The notes: generated from the sequence alone by a model not told the origin. 64,000 nt of DNA from an uncultured Candidatus Saccharibacteria bacterium (GCA_964599225.1 CAZRDO010000001.1:15153-79152), one strand, 5' to 3'. Counted from the stretch's first letter, positions 18,336-28,793 are shown. A program made the numbers and translations.

Positions 18336-19430
18336 ATGTCCATCATTATATTTATACTCATTCTACTTGTACTTATTCTTGTCCATGAATATGGGCATTT
18401 TATTGTTGCCAAAAAGTCCGGCATTCGAGTAGATGAATTCGGTATTGGCTTCCCACCAAGAGCGCTGAAACTCTTTACTCGGAAGGGCACACTGTTCTCA
18501 CTCAACTGGATTCCATTTGGTGGATTCGTAAAAATTTTTGGTGAAAATCCTGATGATGAATCAGAGAGTGGTCCCGATGCAGCACGTGCACTCGTGAACA
18601 AACCACGAGGAATTCAAGCACTCGTACTTATTGCTGGTATTGTATTTAATATTTTACTTGCTTGGCTCCTCCTCTCAGTTGCATTTATGTTCGGACTACA
18701 GGCATCAAGTTCTTCATTTGATAAAACGTTGGTACAAAACTCAATGCTAACGATCACGCAGGTTTCAGAGGAGACTCCAGCTCATGCGGCTGGTCTTGAA
18801 GCTGGTGATAAGGTTGAAAGTATTTCCTATCTAGAAGAAAAAATCTCAGATCCGTCACCAGAAGTATTTCAAGAATTTGTGCATACTCATGGTGACCTAC
18901 CTATTATGCTTAGTGTTGTTCGTGACAGTGAAGCTATGGATATTATGGTCACGCCAACTATAAGTGAAGGAGGTACTGTTCCCATGATTGGTGTCTCACT
19001 TGATGAAGTAGGAACACTCAAACTGCCATTTTTTAAATCTTTCATTTACGGTGCCAAAACCACAATCAATGAGACGAGTAATATTGTCAAAGCATTTGGG
19101 GGACTCCTTGGAGGTGCTGCAACTGGTAATGCTGATCTCTCTGATGTCGCAGGTCCAATTGGAATCGTAGGACTTGTAAAACAAGCACTTAATCTCGGAT
19201 TCGCTTATGTACTCTATTTCACTGCGCTAATCTCAATTAACCTTGCGGTTATTAATCTATTCCCATTTCCAGCACTCGATGGCGGACGTCTACTTTTTCT
19301 CCTCATCGAAGCAATTCGTGGTAAACGCCTCAACCAAAAATTCGCAAATTACGCCAACAGTATCGGTTTTATAATTCTCATCGGACTAATGATTGTAATT
19401 ACCGTGCATGATGTCATTAAATTGTTTTAA
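18336..19430 (+). CDS. rseP: RIP metalloprotease RseP (site-2 protease, M50) with PDZ domain
   Basis: HEYGHFIVAKK (HExxH in TM1), a central PDZ-like region and the C-terminal LDGG motif (PALDGGRLLFL). Confidence 0.9.
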   Translation: MSIIIFILILLVLILVHEYGHFIVAKKSGIRVDEFGIGFPPRALKLFTRKGTLFSLNWIPFGGFVKIFGENPDDESESGPDAARALVNKPRGIQALVLIAGIVFNILLAWLLLSVAFMFGLQASSSSFDKTLVQNSMLTITQVSEETPAHAAGLEAGDKVESISYLEEKISDPSPEVFQEFVHTHGDLPIMLSVVRDSEAMDIMVTPTISEGGTVPMIGVSLDEVGTLKLPFFKSFIYGAKTTINETSNIVKAFGGLLGGAATGNADLSDVAGPIGIVGLVKQALNLGFAYVLYFTALISINLAVINLFPFPALDGGRLLFLLIEAIRGKRLNQKFANYANSIGFIILIGLMIVITVHDVIKLF

Positions 19431-19474
19431 TTAGCGATTAGGGTATAGCGGATAGGGGATAGTAAAAAATAAAA

Positions 19475-19500
19475 ACCTGCTTTGATAGTATCAAGCAGGT
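19475..19500. terminator. bidirectional terminator hairpin between convergent rseP and the 19528..20070 gene
   Basis: ACCTGCTTTGATA-g-TATCAAGCAGGT imperfect 12-bp stem, flanked by A-runs upstream and ATAAAATAT downstream. Confidence 0.45.
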
Positions 19501-19527
19501 CATAAAATATAGTAGGAATATGTAGCG

Positions 19528-20070
19528 TCATGAAAGTATTGCGTAGATTGTCCTTAATTCACTTGTTGGCGTATTTAATGGTCTAAAGACCAGTTTAATA
19601 TCGTAGCCATCCGCAATTTTCAAACTTTTGATGCAAGGTACAAATTTAACACCGTTTTTATATATCACAGTTCCCCGGAATACAACTTCTGTGTTTTCTA
19701 ACCAGGTCGCAGGTATATATTGTGAGTATTGGGATAGAGCAATTGCCTCCTGCAACCCAAGGTTTTTATTTGGGTACCTGTTACTTTCTGTTTGAGTAAC
19801 TTTCTGGAGATCTAAATACCAGAAATCGTTCTCATTTTTGATTGTAATTATATCTGTGTCTGAAGTTTGCAGAAACTCTTTGATGATTTTGTTCCTGCAA
19901 GTTTGGTCACATTTAAGCATTTGTTGTGAAACCAGTAATGATTTTGCAGAGGACTCAGATTGGGTTTCCCTGCGTACCTTTTCGTGGCCGAATTGGATAC
20001 CAATAATTAATTCGGTACAAAGGAATCCTATGATTCCTAATACTAAAATTGCATTGGCTATTCTTTTCAT
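19528..20070 (-). CDS. hypothetical membrane-anchored protein (180 aa)
   Basis: N-terminal TM helix then a soluble domain with several Cys. No recognisable family. Confidence 0.45.
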   Translation of the reverse strand: MKRIANAILVLGIIGFLCTELIIGIQFGHEKVRRETQSESSAKSLLVSQQMLKCDQTCRNKIIKEFLQTSDTDIITIKNENDFWYLDLQKVTQTESNRYPNKNLGLQEAIALSQYSQYIPATWLENTEVVFRGTVIYKNGVKFVPCIKSLKIADGYDIKLVFRPLNTPTSELRTIYAILS

Positions 20071-20220
20071 TTTTTCAATTGCGGAGCAAATTGCTCCCAG
20101 GTGCTTATATTCCGATCCTCACCGGTCTAGAGGTATGATACCATACATTAGTCACAAAGTCAATGAAATGATTGGAGGATCAAGAAGGTCTGTCAGCTTT
20201 AGTATTATCCATTTGAGGGA

Positions 20221-20270
20221 GTAAGCCTTTTATAGCCCGCTGTTCCTACATAGGGCTATAAAAGGCTTAC
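20221..20270. repeat. perfect 18-bp inverted repeat with 14-nt spacer in a divergent promoter region
   Basis: GTAAGCCTTTTATAGCCC-gctgttcctacata-GGGCTATAAAAGGCTTAC, plus flanking CCCGCT/AGCGGG complementarity. Confidence 0.6.
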
Positions 20271-20352
20271 GAGCGGGTACTTGACGGAACTTTTCCACAG
20301 TGATAGTATAAAACTCAACATAATAAGTATTAGTTATTTAACTGTCAAACAA

Positions 20353-21381
20353 ATGCCAAAACTATCATTTAAGCCAAAACAGGTCACCAAAAAGATCCTC
20401 TCACCACTCTCACCCCGAGCGCATGAGGTTATTTTTTATCGTTATGGTCTTGGTGATGATGCTGAACGTCGTACGCTTGAATCAATTGGGCAGAAATACA
20501 ATATTACTCGTGAACGCGTTCGACAAATCGAAAATGCTGCTCTCGCGACACTCCGTAAATCTGATGTCTACAAAGAACACGAGTATGTTTTTACTGAACT
20601 CCATGATTACATGAAGGAACTCGGTTCAGTCATTGCTGAAGAAGATCTTCTCAACCACGCCTCACCTGACGAGAACACTCAAAACCATATTAATTTCTAT
20701 CTTGTTCTCGGTGATGCATTTACGAAGCACAAAGAAGATGAACATTTTCGTGCGCGCTGGTCAGTGGATAGTGATATTGCCGATGAAGTTCATGATGCAC
20801 TAAAGCGTATGTATACCAAACTCACTGATGATGAACTTGTGCCAGAGGGGAAGTTTATTGAAGATTTCTTGGGTGAACTTAAAAATGTTAATGGTGAACT
20901 TCTCAATGAAGAAATTGCACGTCGCTGGCTCAATATCTCCAAGCGCATGGGTAAGAACCCATTTAATGAATGGGGCCAGTCAGATTCATCTAATGTCAAA
21001 GTTCGTGGCGTACGCGACTATGCTTACCTCGTCATGCGTAAACATGGTTCACCACTTCACTTCCGTGAAATTGCTGATTCTATTACCAAACTTTTCAATC
21101 GCAAAACTCACGTAGCAACAACTCACAATGAAGTGATTAAAGATAAGCGCTTTGTACTTGTTGGCCGTGGTACATACGGCCTTGCTGACTGGGGTTACCG
21201 AAAAGGTGTGGTGCGAGATGTTATCAAATCAATCCTCAAAGAATCAGGACCACTTTCCAAAGACGATATTGTTGACCGTGTCTTGAAAGAGCGTTTTCTC
21301 AAACGAAATACCATTCTCGTGAACCTCCAGAATCCAAAATATTTCAAGAAAATGAAGAACGGACTTTACACAATCGCATAA
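20353..21381 (+). CDS. sigma-70 region-4-like HTH protein fused to a C-terminal HARE-HTH-like winged helix
   Basis: N-terminus LSPRAHEVIFYRYGLGDDAERRTLESIGQKYNITRERVRQIENAALATLR is sigma-70 region 4.2. C-terminus LHFREIADSI…DKRFVLVGRGTYGLADWGY resembles the HARE-HTH of RpoE-delta. No sigma region 2 is present. The ORF could alternatively start at 20281. Confidence 0.55.
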   Translation: MPKLSFKPKQVTKKILSPLSPRAHEVIFYRYGLGDDAERRTLESIGQKYNITRERVRQIENAALATLRKSDVYKEHEYVFTELHDYMKELGSVIAEEDLLNHASPDENTQNHINFYLVLGDAFTKHKEDEHFRARWSVDSDIADEVHDALKRMYTKLTDDELVPEGKFIEDFLGELKNVNGELLNEEIARRWLNISKRMGKNPFNEWGQSDSSNVKVRGVRDYAYLVMRKHGSPLHFREIADSITKLFNRKTHVATTHNEVIKDKRFVLVGRGTYGLADWGYRKGVVRDVIKSILKESGPLSKDDIVDRVLKERFLKRNTILVNLQNPKYFKKMKNGLYTIA

Positions 21382-21458
21382 TGTACATGTAAAAGTCGCC
21401 CTCTGGCGATTTTTACATTTCTCGGCGTTCTGAAATTCGAACATGGTATACTAGACTC

Positions 21459-21932
21459 GTGCATAAGATTGGATTTTGGGACATCGTACTTATAATAGCT
21501 GGCTTTATCTTTATAGTATTTCTCCTTGGCTATGGAGTCTTTTCGAAGAGTGTAGAAGAAACAAAGGCAACTCTTCCGGAGAACCCACTGCCTGCGGTCA
21601 TCCAAAAAATCGGCAAGGCTGGCTCTCCATGCATTGCACTTACAAGTCCAGATATAGAAAAATCAATCCATTTTCCTGTCACAGTAGTAGGTACAGTAAA
21701 TGGCTGTGGTTGGAAAGAAGGGAATGGAAGTATCGGTACTATGGTAATTCTTGATGCCAATGGCCAGGCTATCTCAAACATATACACCATGGATGTACTT
21801 ACGAAAGAAGCGACTACCTATACTTTTTCCAAGAAAATCTATCTCAATCATACGCCCACGACGCATGAGGGCTCTATTCTTTTTCGGACACTCGATAAAA
21901 AAAGCGCCTACACAATGGCCATTACTTTCTAA
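21459..21932 (+). CDS. hypothetical membrane-anchored extracytoplasmic protein
   Basis: N-terminal TM helix (IVLIIAGFIFIVFLLGYGVF) followed by a ~125 aa beta-rich domain. Confidence 0.45.
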   Translation: MHKIGFWDIVLIIAGFIFIVFLLGYGVFSKSVEETKATLPENPLPAVIQKIGKAGSPCIALTSPDIEKSIHFPVTVVGTVNGCGWKEGNGSIGTMVILDANGQAISNIYTMDVLTKEATTYTFSKKIYLNHTPTTHEGSILFRTLDKKSAYTMAITF

Positions 21933-21973
21933 ATTTATCGACGAATTGGACTAATCACGTTATACTTTAAATT

Positions 21974-23281
21974 ATGATTTTTGGAGATCTCCTCACTATT
22001 GGTTCACGCGAAGCACTCTACTATGTGTGGCATTATATTCCGTATGCGATTGTACCTATTCTTGGATTAGTTTCTTGGCATATGTGGCTTAATTACATTC
22101 GCCATGCCTATCTTGCCTCGCTTAATTTTAAGCTTCTTGAAGTCAGAATTCCCCAAGAAATTTGGAAATCACCGCAAGCGATGGAATTTATTCTGATGAA
22201 CGCCCTCTATCAAACAGGTGGTGTCTCAACTTGGAAGGCAAAGTATTGGGATGGCAAAGTCTTACTCTGGTTTTCGCTTGAGATTACTTCGATCGAGGGT
22301 GATATCCATTTTTATATTCGTTGTCCCGCACAGTATAAATCTCTTGTAGAATCACAAGTATATTCTCAGTATCCTGATGTCGAAATTGCCGAAGTGCCAG
22401 ATTACACAGAAGCCGTTCCACCTTTTACGAAAGATAATGGTTGGGAGATGTTTGGTTGGCAGTACAAACTTGCAAAGCCCGATCCATTTCCAATCAAAAC
22501 CTATATCGACTACGGTATGGACAAGCAATTCTCACTAGAAGAAGAACAGAAAATTGATCCACTGACTCCGCTGTTAGAATATTTTGGTTCAATTGGTAAA
22601 GGTGAACAGCTTTGGATGCAGATTATTACTCGTGGAGTGCCTGCGAAAGGTACCTCAGCGTTTTCATTTGGTCGCTACCCATCAAAAGATCATTACTTCC
22701 AAAAGGATTCACTTCAGGAACTTGGTGCCCAACAGAGAGCTGAATATATAAAAAAGGAAATTAAGGCACTTGTTGATTCAGGTCTTGTGACGGCCGATAA
22801 AGCCAAAGATAACCCAATTGCGCTTCTCACTGATGAGAAAAAGGATGTACTTAAATCAATGGAGCGAAATATGCAGAAGTTTTCATTTGACTGTGGTATG
22901 AGAATTCTCTACATAGCACACAAGGATAAATACTCTGGTATGCAGGTACCAAACCTCTCGGTACTCTTTAGACCATTTAGTTCGCCATTTTCAAATACTA
23001 TTGTTCCATCAGGTGCCAAAAGTGCTGTGGCGTTTGACCATCCCTGGCAAGATTTTTCAGGTAACCGCTTTTTACGTAAGAAAATTGACTTCTTTAAAGC
23101 CTACAAGCTTCGCCAATACTACTATCCACCTTTTTTTGATACGACACATCAAGATCCTTTCGTACTCTCAACTGAAGAACTCGCGACACTCTACCACTTC
23201 CCAGGACGTGTTTCAGAAACTCCGTCATTTAAGCGCATTGATTCCAAAAAAGCTGAGGCTCCGACAGACCTTCCGATTTAA
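21974..23281 (+). CDS. hypothetical protein, 435 aa, N-terminal membrane helix
   Basis: Long intact ORF, aromatic-rich, with no catalytic motifs recognised. Confidence 0.45.
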   Translation: MIFGDLLTIGSREALYYVWHYIPYAIVPILGLVSWHMWLNYIRHAYLASLNFKLLEVRIPQEIWKSPQAMEFILMNALYQTGGVSTWKAKYWDGKVLLWFSLEITSIEGDIHFYIRCPAQYKSLVESQVYSQYPDVEIAEVPDYTEAVPPFTKDNGWEMFGWQYKLAKPDPFPIKTYIDYGMDKQFSLEEEQKIDPLTPLLEYFGSIGKGEQLWMQIITRGVPAKGTSAFSFGRYPSKDHYFQKDSLQELGAQQRAEYIKKEIKALVDSGLVTADKAKDNPIALLTDEKKDVLKSMERNMQKFSFDCGMRILYIAHKDKYSGMQVPNLSVLFRPFSSPFSNTIVPSGAKSAVAFDHPWQDFSGNRFLRKKIDFFKAYKLRQYYYPPFFDTTHQDPFVLSTEELATLYHFPGRVSETPSFKRIDSKKAEAPTDLPI

Positions 23282-23284
23282 TTC

Positions 23285-24277
23285 ATGGATACTTATTACA
23301 ACGAACCTATAAGTGAATACAAAGTGGCTCACACGAAAAAAGTGAGGAAAACTGCGGTGCTCCTTGTAAGCATTGTGATATTTCTTTTGCTTATTGCGAC
23401 TGTTGCACCAGGGGCTTCTCTTGCCTCACCAATCTATATAACCATTAATAAAGGTGAGACTCTCAAGGAGCTTGCACAAGATTTACATGAAGCTCACCTT
23501 ATTCGTTCAAAATTACTTTTCACGTCACTGGTAGTACTTCTGGGAAAAGAGAAGACTATCATTCCAGGGGATTACTATTTTAAAACTACTGGAGGGACAT
23601 TGGATGTAGCCGAGAGGATTAGTAGTGGGGATTTTGGTATTGAACAAGTAAAAGTGACATTTCCAGAGGGGATTACTCGGCTTGAAATGACAAGAGTTTT
23701 GGAAGATAAATATCCAAATTTTGATTCAGTGCAGTTTATGGACGACACTAAAGGATTAGAAGGATACTTGTTCCCAAGCACGTACTTCTTTAGCCCCATT
23801 GCAAGTGAGGCTGATATTAGAGATCGTATGCACCAAGAATTTGAACATCAAACAGAGTCTCTCAAAGTAAAAAGTATAGAGACTACACATAGTTGGGCTG
23901 ACTATGTGACGATGGCTTCAATTGTTGAAGCTGAGGCAGGTGAGAGTGATGATCGGGCAATTATTGCGGGGATCTTGTGGAAGCGAATCAAGCAAGGGAT
24001 GCATTTGCAAGTTGATGCGCCGTTTGGGTACATCCTACACAAGACGAGTGCCGAACTCACCATTAAAGATCTTGAAACTGACACCCCATACAATACGTAT
24101 ACAAACGCAGGTTTACCACCAACTCCCATCGGTAATCCCGGCCTTGCTTCACTAGAAGCTGTCCTCTCGCCAAAAGATTCGCCTTATTACTTTTATCTGC
24201 ATGACAAGACTGGCATAATTCACTATGCCAAGACATTTACTGAGCATAAGGCTAATATCGACAAATACTTACGCTAG
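23285..24277 (+). CDS. mltG: endolytic murein transglycosylase MltG (YceG-like)
   Basis: N-terminal TM, then the YceG domain with ASIVEAEAGESDDRAIIAGILWKR…YNTYTNAGLPPTPIGNPG. Confidence 0.85.
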   Translation: MDTYYNEPISEYKVAHTKKVRKTAVLLVSIVIFLLLIATVAPGASLASPIYITINKGETLKELAQDLHEAHLIRSKLLFTSLVVLLGKEKTIIPGDYYFKTTGGTLDVAERISSGDFGIEQVKVTFPEGITRLEMTRVLEDKYPNFDSVQFMDDTKGLEGYLFPSTYFFSPIASEADIRDRMHQEFEHQTESLKVKSIETTHSWADYVTMASIVEAEAGESDDRAIIAGILWKRIKQGMHLQVDAPFGYILHKTSAELTIKDLETDTPYNTYTNAGLPPTPIGNPGLASLEAVLSPKDSPYYFYLHDKTGIIHYAKTFTEHKANIDKYLR

Positions 24278-24333
24278 TCTTATAGTATAAAACGTCTATT
24301 AACTATTTTCTACTTATCTATTTACTAATTCGT

Positions 24334-24885
24334 ATGTTTAAACAAAACCTAGCATTCATAGACATCGAAACAACTGGTCTCAATTTACTTGTGCATGAGA
24401 TTATTCAAATTGGTGTAGTAGTAGTTGGGCAAAGTGTTGATCCGGTCAAGGGTCAGCTCTTTGAAGTGATTGAAGAATTTGAACTAAAAATTAAACCCGA
24501 ACGAATTGAGCAAGCAGAACGCGGTGCACTTCGGGTGAATGGCTACTCGGCAGAAGATTGGGCACTCGCGTACTCACTCCCAGAAGCTCTGAAAATATTT
24601 AGTAAAAAAACTGAAGGGGCAGTTATGGTTGCACACAACATAAGCTTCGACTGGTCATTTATTGCTAAAGCCTTTGCTGAGACCGGCGTCGAGAATAAAA
24701 TGCATTTCCATAAACTCGATACTATCTCAATTGCGTATGCCAAAGCCAAGAAGCGCGAAGATATTGAAAAATTTTCACTCTATTCACTCTGCCAACTCTT
24801 TGGTGTTGAGAACAAAAATGCCCATACCGCACTATCTGACTCCCGTGCCACATTTGAGCTCTATAAAAAACTTATTGCCTTGTAA
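24334..24885 (+). CDS. DEDDh 3'-5' exonuclease (DnaQ/epsilon-like)
   Basis: Exo I FIDIETTGL, Exo II VAHNISFDWSF and Exo III HTALSDSRATFELY motifs. Confidence 0.8.
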   Translation: MFKQNLAFIDIETTGLNLLVHEIIQIGVVVVGQSVDPVKGQLFEVIEEFELKIKPERIEQAERGALRVNGYSAEDWALAYSLPEALKIFSKKTEGAVMVAHNISFDWSFIAKAFAETGVENKMHFHKLDTISIAYAKAKKREDIEKFSLYSLCQLFGVENKNAHTALSDSRATFELYKKLIAL

Positions 24886-24963
24886 GATCGGCTAGTACTA
24901 GCATAGGGTTTATTGAGGATACTTGCTGTAAGAGGAATTTTCTAGTAGTTTCAGTGTACCTCT

Positions 24964-26061
24964 ATGATAAAGATGAAAGGAAAAAAAGTATTCGTTGGAG
25001 TATCTGGCGGAGTTGATTCAGCAGTCACACTTGCGCTTCTTCGAGATGAGGGTTATGAAGTAGTAGGGGTGTATATGAAAACATGGCAGCCTGATTTTAT
25101 TGTCTGCACATGGCCCGAAGAGCGACGTGATGCAATTCGGGTTTGTGCACACCTCGGGATTCCATTTATGGATTTTGATGCGGAAACTATCTACAAAGAG
25201 AAGGTTGCAGACTATATGATTAAAGAGTATCAAAAAGGTAGAACTCCAAATCCTGATGTAATGTGTAATCGGGAAATAAAATTCGGTGTCTTTTGGGATT
25301 TCGCCAAAGCACATGGTGCAGACTATATTGCGACAGGACACTACGCACAAAATCAATTAAAAAATGGTAATTATCAATTATATAAAGGTAAAGATCCAGC
25401 CAAAGATCAATCCTATTTCCTTTGGACACTAACACAGAGTGATTTGGTACACGTGCTTTTTCCGGTAGCGAAAATGGAGAAAGCCGATGTGAGGAAACTC
25501 GCAAAGAAGTATGATCTTCCGAACGCAGAGAAGAAAGATAGTCAGGGAATTTGTTTCTTAGGTGAGGTAGATATGAAAGAGTTTCTCTCGCACTACATAC
25601 AAACAGAGCAAGGGAAAGTACTAAATGAAGATGGGGAGGAAATTGGCTACCACGATGGTGCACTCTTTTATACGCTTGGCGAGCGTCATGGATTTACTAT
25701 AACTAAAAAATCCGCTACTGATTCTAAGCTTTTTGTTATTGCAAAAGATATAGAAAAAAATACTATCACGGTAGCCGAGAAGAAAAGTAATATTCAAATG
25801 GATCATTCCAACATTCTGACGGATGCTAGAATGATTACACAAGTAAATTGGATTTCAATTAAACCAATAGAAAATAAAAGATATACCGCTCAAGTTCGTT
25901 ATCATGGTGAGGAACTTGCATGTCGTATTGAATATGAAAATACAAGTAGAATTGAGGACGAAGTTAAAATTATTTTTGAAAAACCAGTCTTAGTTTCAGC
26001 TGGTCAATCGATAGTCCTTTATGACGGAGGAATGTGTCTCGGTGGTGGCGTTTGTGAGTAA
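24964..26061 (+). CDS. mnmA: tRNA-specific 2-thiouridylase MnmA
   Basis: PP-loop SGGVDSAV and conserved Cys pattern (…DVMCNREIKFG…), 365 aa. Confidence 0.9.
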   Translation: MIKMKGKKVFVGVSGGVDSAVTLALLRDEGYEVVGVYMKTWQPDFIVCTWPEERRDAIRVCAHLGIPFMDFDAETIYKEKVADYMIKEYQKGRTPNPDVMCNREIKFGVFWDFAKAHGADYIATGHYAQNQLKNGNYQLYKGKDPAKDQSYFLWTLTQSDLVHVLFPVAKMEKADVRKLAKKYDLPNAEKKDSQGICFLGEVDMKEFLSHYIQTEQGKVLNEDGEEIGYHDGALFYTLGERHGFTITKKSATDSKLFVIAKDIEKNTITVAEKKSNIQMDHSNILTDARMITQVNWISIKPIENKRYTAQVRYHGEELACRIEYENTSRIEDEVKIIFEKPVLVSAGQSIVLYDGGMCLGGGVCE

Positions 26062-26101
26062 TGATTTTCCAAATAGCTCTGACTTGCTATACTCTATACA
26101 T

Positions 26102-26590
26102 ATGGAACAACAATTTTTCTCGCTCTACGGAGATATAATTATTAAACTTTTTCTCGCGATGGGACTTGGTATGGTGATTGGTATTGAGCGTGTATTTGCA
26201 CACAAGACTGTTGGGATGCGTACCTACGCACTTGTCTCAATGGGTTCAGCACTCTTTATAATCATTTCAGAACTCGTTGGTGAACAATATGCAGGACTTG
26301 CTGGATTTAATCCTACATTTATCGCTGGACAAATTATTACCGGTATTGGATTTCTCGGCACTGGCTTAATTATTCTTCGCCATACACATTTAACCGGAAT
26401 TACGACTGCGACAAGTATTTGGGTCGCAGCTGGTATTGGTATGGCGGTAGGGTTTGGCTTCTATCCGCTTGCACTTATCGTAACAATACTTACGCTCTTT
26501 ATTTTCTTAGTCCTTTGGCTCGTTGAGCATAGGCTTCGAGAATTTACAGATACTAATGAGGAAGATAAAAATGAAGAAACAAACGGATAG
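26102..26590 (+). CDS. MgtC/SapB family membrane protein
   Basis: [36 protein letters not shown] is the MgtC signature. The start was chosen downstream of the mnmA stop. Confidence 0.7.
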   Translation: MEQQFFSLYGDIIIKLFLAMGLGMVIGIERVFAHKTVGMRTYALVSMGSALFIIISELVGEQYAGLAGFNPTFIAGQIITGIGFLGTGLIILRHTHLTGITTATSIWVAAGIGMAVGFGFYPLALIVTILTLFIFLVLWLVEHRLREFTDTNEEDKNEETNG

Positions 26591-28397
26591 TCCAGAAACA
26601 TTTCTAATACATCTAAACAAAACGAATGTAGAACTTCACAAAAGATATGAAGATCTTTTCTGGCTCTCATACATGGGAGATCACAGTGTAGATGAAAATA
26701 TGCAGACCGCACTCAAAGCACGGGACAAATTCCGTTCAGATAAGGCGCTTGCAGAGGAAGTTGATAGGTTTTTGAAACTGAAAAACATAAACCAATCTCA
26801 CAAGGAGCGACTTAGTTACTGGAAGCTTTTCTTTAGCCGTTTTCAAATACCAGATGAGGCGAAGAAATTGAAAGAAAGAATAGATTTACTTGAAGCTAAA
26901 ATTCATAAAATCCGTGCAACAAGAAAAGAAGGCTACCGTGATCATGAGTCTGGTAAATTTGTCGCAGCTTCTGAGAATAAAATGCGGATGATAACTGTTA
27001 CTCACAAAGATGAGGAGGTCCGGAAGGCATCATTTATGGCGCGCGAAGGACTCGCTGTAACGCATATTAAAGAGTATCTAGAACTTATTAAACTACGCAA
27101 TACATTCGCTCGAACACTTGGGTTTTCTGATTTCTATAGTTATAAACTCAAAACTGAAGAGGGAATGACCAAGAGAGAACTCTTCTCCATTTTTGACAAA
27201 ATTTATGCAAAAACAAAGTTTGCATTTCTAAATATTAAGAAACTTGAGAAAACCATGCCTGGACTTCTTAAACCATGGAATTTTTGGTACATGATGAGCG
27301 GTGATTTTACCAAAGAAGAAGATCCATATTTCCAATTTGGTGACGCGCTCATTCGCTGGGGTAGATCGTTTGATGCGCTTGGAGTAGATTTCAAAGGTTC
27401 TCGTATTACACTCGATCTTTTGGATCGCAAAGGTAAATATAGCAACGGATTCTGCCACTGGCCGGATATTATTTACAAAGTAGATAATAAGCGGTTTACA
27501 GGTTCCTCTAATTTCACTTGCAACGTTGTTTATGGACAAGTTGGCTCAGGGTATCAAGGAATGCATACGCTCTTCCATGAGGGAGGGCATGCTGCACACC
27601 TACTTAATTCAGAGATTTCAGAATCTTGCATTAATACAGAATACCCACCTGCTTCTACTTCCTGGGCTGAGTCGCAAAGTATGTTTATGGATTCAATGTT
27701 TGGAAGCAATGAATGGAGAGATCGTTATGCAAAAAATAAAGAAGGTAAATCATATCCTTTTGAACTTTTTGAGCGAAAACTTGAGAAAATTTACCCACTC
27801 ATGCCACTGTCTCTTATGAGTATCATGGCAGTTGCGTATTTTGAGAGAGCACTTTACAGCTCAAAAAATCTCACAGTTGAAAAAATTAAAACTCTGGCAA
27901 AGAAAGTAAATCATATCTATGCACCACGCGATGAGGATTCACTCTCGCTGTTGAACGTACCTCATATATATACTTGGGAAAATGCTTGCTCATACCATGC
28001 CTATGGTTTGGCAGAACTCGCGGTGGCTCAGCGAAGAGAATACTTTTATAAAAAATATGGCTATATAGTTGATAATCCAAAAGTTGGCAAAGAACTTCAA
28101 AAAGCCTGGGAACTTGGCTCAGCGAGAACCTTTCCTGAATTTGTACAAATGACTACAGGTAAACCGCTTAGTGCTAATGCATTTATAAGTAGTGTCACTC
28201 GCTCGAAAACGAAGATATTTGAAATAGCGAAAAAGAGGATCCTTCGTCAGAGGAAAGTTCCCTTAAGCAAGAAAAACATTGAGATCAATGCTAGTATCCG
28301 GCTTGTACATGGCAAAGAGTTAATTGCTGACAATCAAAAAGGATTTGAGTCTATGGCGAAGATATATAAAAAGTGGCTTGAAACCCAAAAATCTTGA
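26571..28397 (+). CDS. pepF: M3-family oligoendopeptidase (PepF-like)
   Basis: HEGGHAAH zinc-binding HExxH and M3B-like overall length. Start ambiguous (26523, 26556 or 26571). Confidence 0.75.
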   Translation: MKKQTDSPETFLIHLNKTNVELHKRYEDLFWLSYMGDHSVDENMQTALKARDKFRSDKALAEEVDRFLKLKNINQSHKERLSYWKLFFSRFQIPDEAKKLKERIDLLEAKIHKIRATRKEGYRDHESGKFVAASENKMRMITVTHKDEEVRKASFMAREGLAVTHIKEYLELIKLRNTFARTLGFSDFYSYKLKTEEGMTKRELFSIFDKIYAKTKFAFLNIKKLEKTMPGLLKPWNFWYMMSGDFTKEEDPYFQFGDALIRWGRSFDALGVDFKGSRITLDLLDRKGKYSNGFCHWPDIIYKVDNKRFTGSSNFTCNVVYGQVGSGYQGMHTLFHEGGHAAHLLNSEISESCINTEYPPASTSWAESQSMFMDSMFGSNEWRDRYAKNKEGKSYPFELFERKLEKIYPLMPLSLMSIMAVAYFERALYSSKNLTVEKIKTLAKKVNHIYAPRDEDSLSLLNVPHIYTWENACSYHAYGLAELAVAQRREYFYKKYGYIVDNPKVGKELQKAWELGSARTFPEFVQMTTGKPLSANAFISSVTRSKTKIFEIAKKRILRQRKVPLSKKNIEINASIRLVHGKELIADNQKGFESMAKIYKKWLETQKS

Positions 28398-28490
28398 GAA
28401 GTTTGTAAAAAACTTGTGAGAACAGTACAGGCCGTTTCTATTTGACAAATATTTACTTCTTTGCATAATTGTAGTTAGAAAACTAACTCT

Positions 28491-28721
28491 ATGAAACCCC
28501 TACATTTCTTAGTCTCTTTCTGCTATATTTTTTTGTTGGCGATAATTATAATTTTGTTCGTGCATCTTATAAAAAGTGTTAAAAGGGAGACAATACTAAG
28601 TGAACAAGTTAAAAGGTATCAGGATAGGATCGAAATGCAGACCATGAACTCTGACACTATTACAACAAGGAAGAGTATAAAAATTATAGGACCAGACCTC
28701 AATTCTGGAAGACACTTCTGA
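28491..28721 (+). CDS. small hypothetical membrane protein
   Basis: 76 aa, one TM helix, followed by a clear terminator. Confidence 0.35.
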   Translation: MKPLHFLVSFCYIFLLAIIIILFVHLIKSVKRETILSEQVKRYQDRIEMQTMNSDTITTRKSIKIIGPDLNSGRHF

Positions 28722-28734
28722 AATATACAATTCA

Positions 28735-28768
28735 CGGATACTAAATAATTTGTATCCGTTTTTTATTT
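28735..28768 (+). terminator. rho-independent terminator
   Basis: CGGATAC-taaataattt-GTATCCG hairpin followed by TTTTTTATTT. Confidence 0.65.
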
Positions 28769-28793
28769 GCCCGATATATGGTAGTTTACATAT

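Noticed and set aside
19838-20224. 128-aa plus-strand ORF
   Set aside because: It overlaps the better-supported minus-strand membrane-protein gene 19528..20070 over most of its length. No motif is present and the composition is atypical.
26021-26101. Upstream extension of the MgtC ORF overlapping the end of mnmA
   Set aside because: That extension has no MgtC similarity. The ATG at 26102 gives a protein starting right at the conserved membrane domain and avoids an 80-nt overlap.
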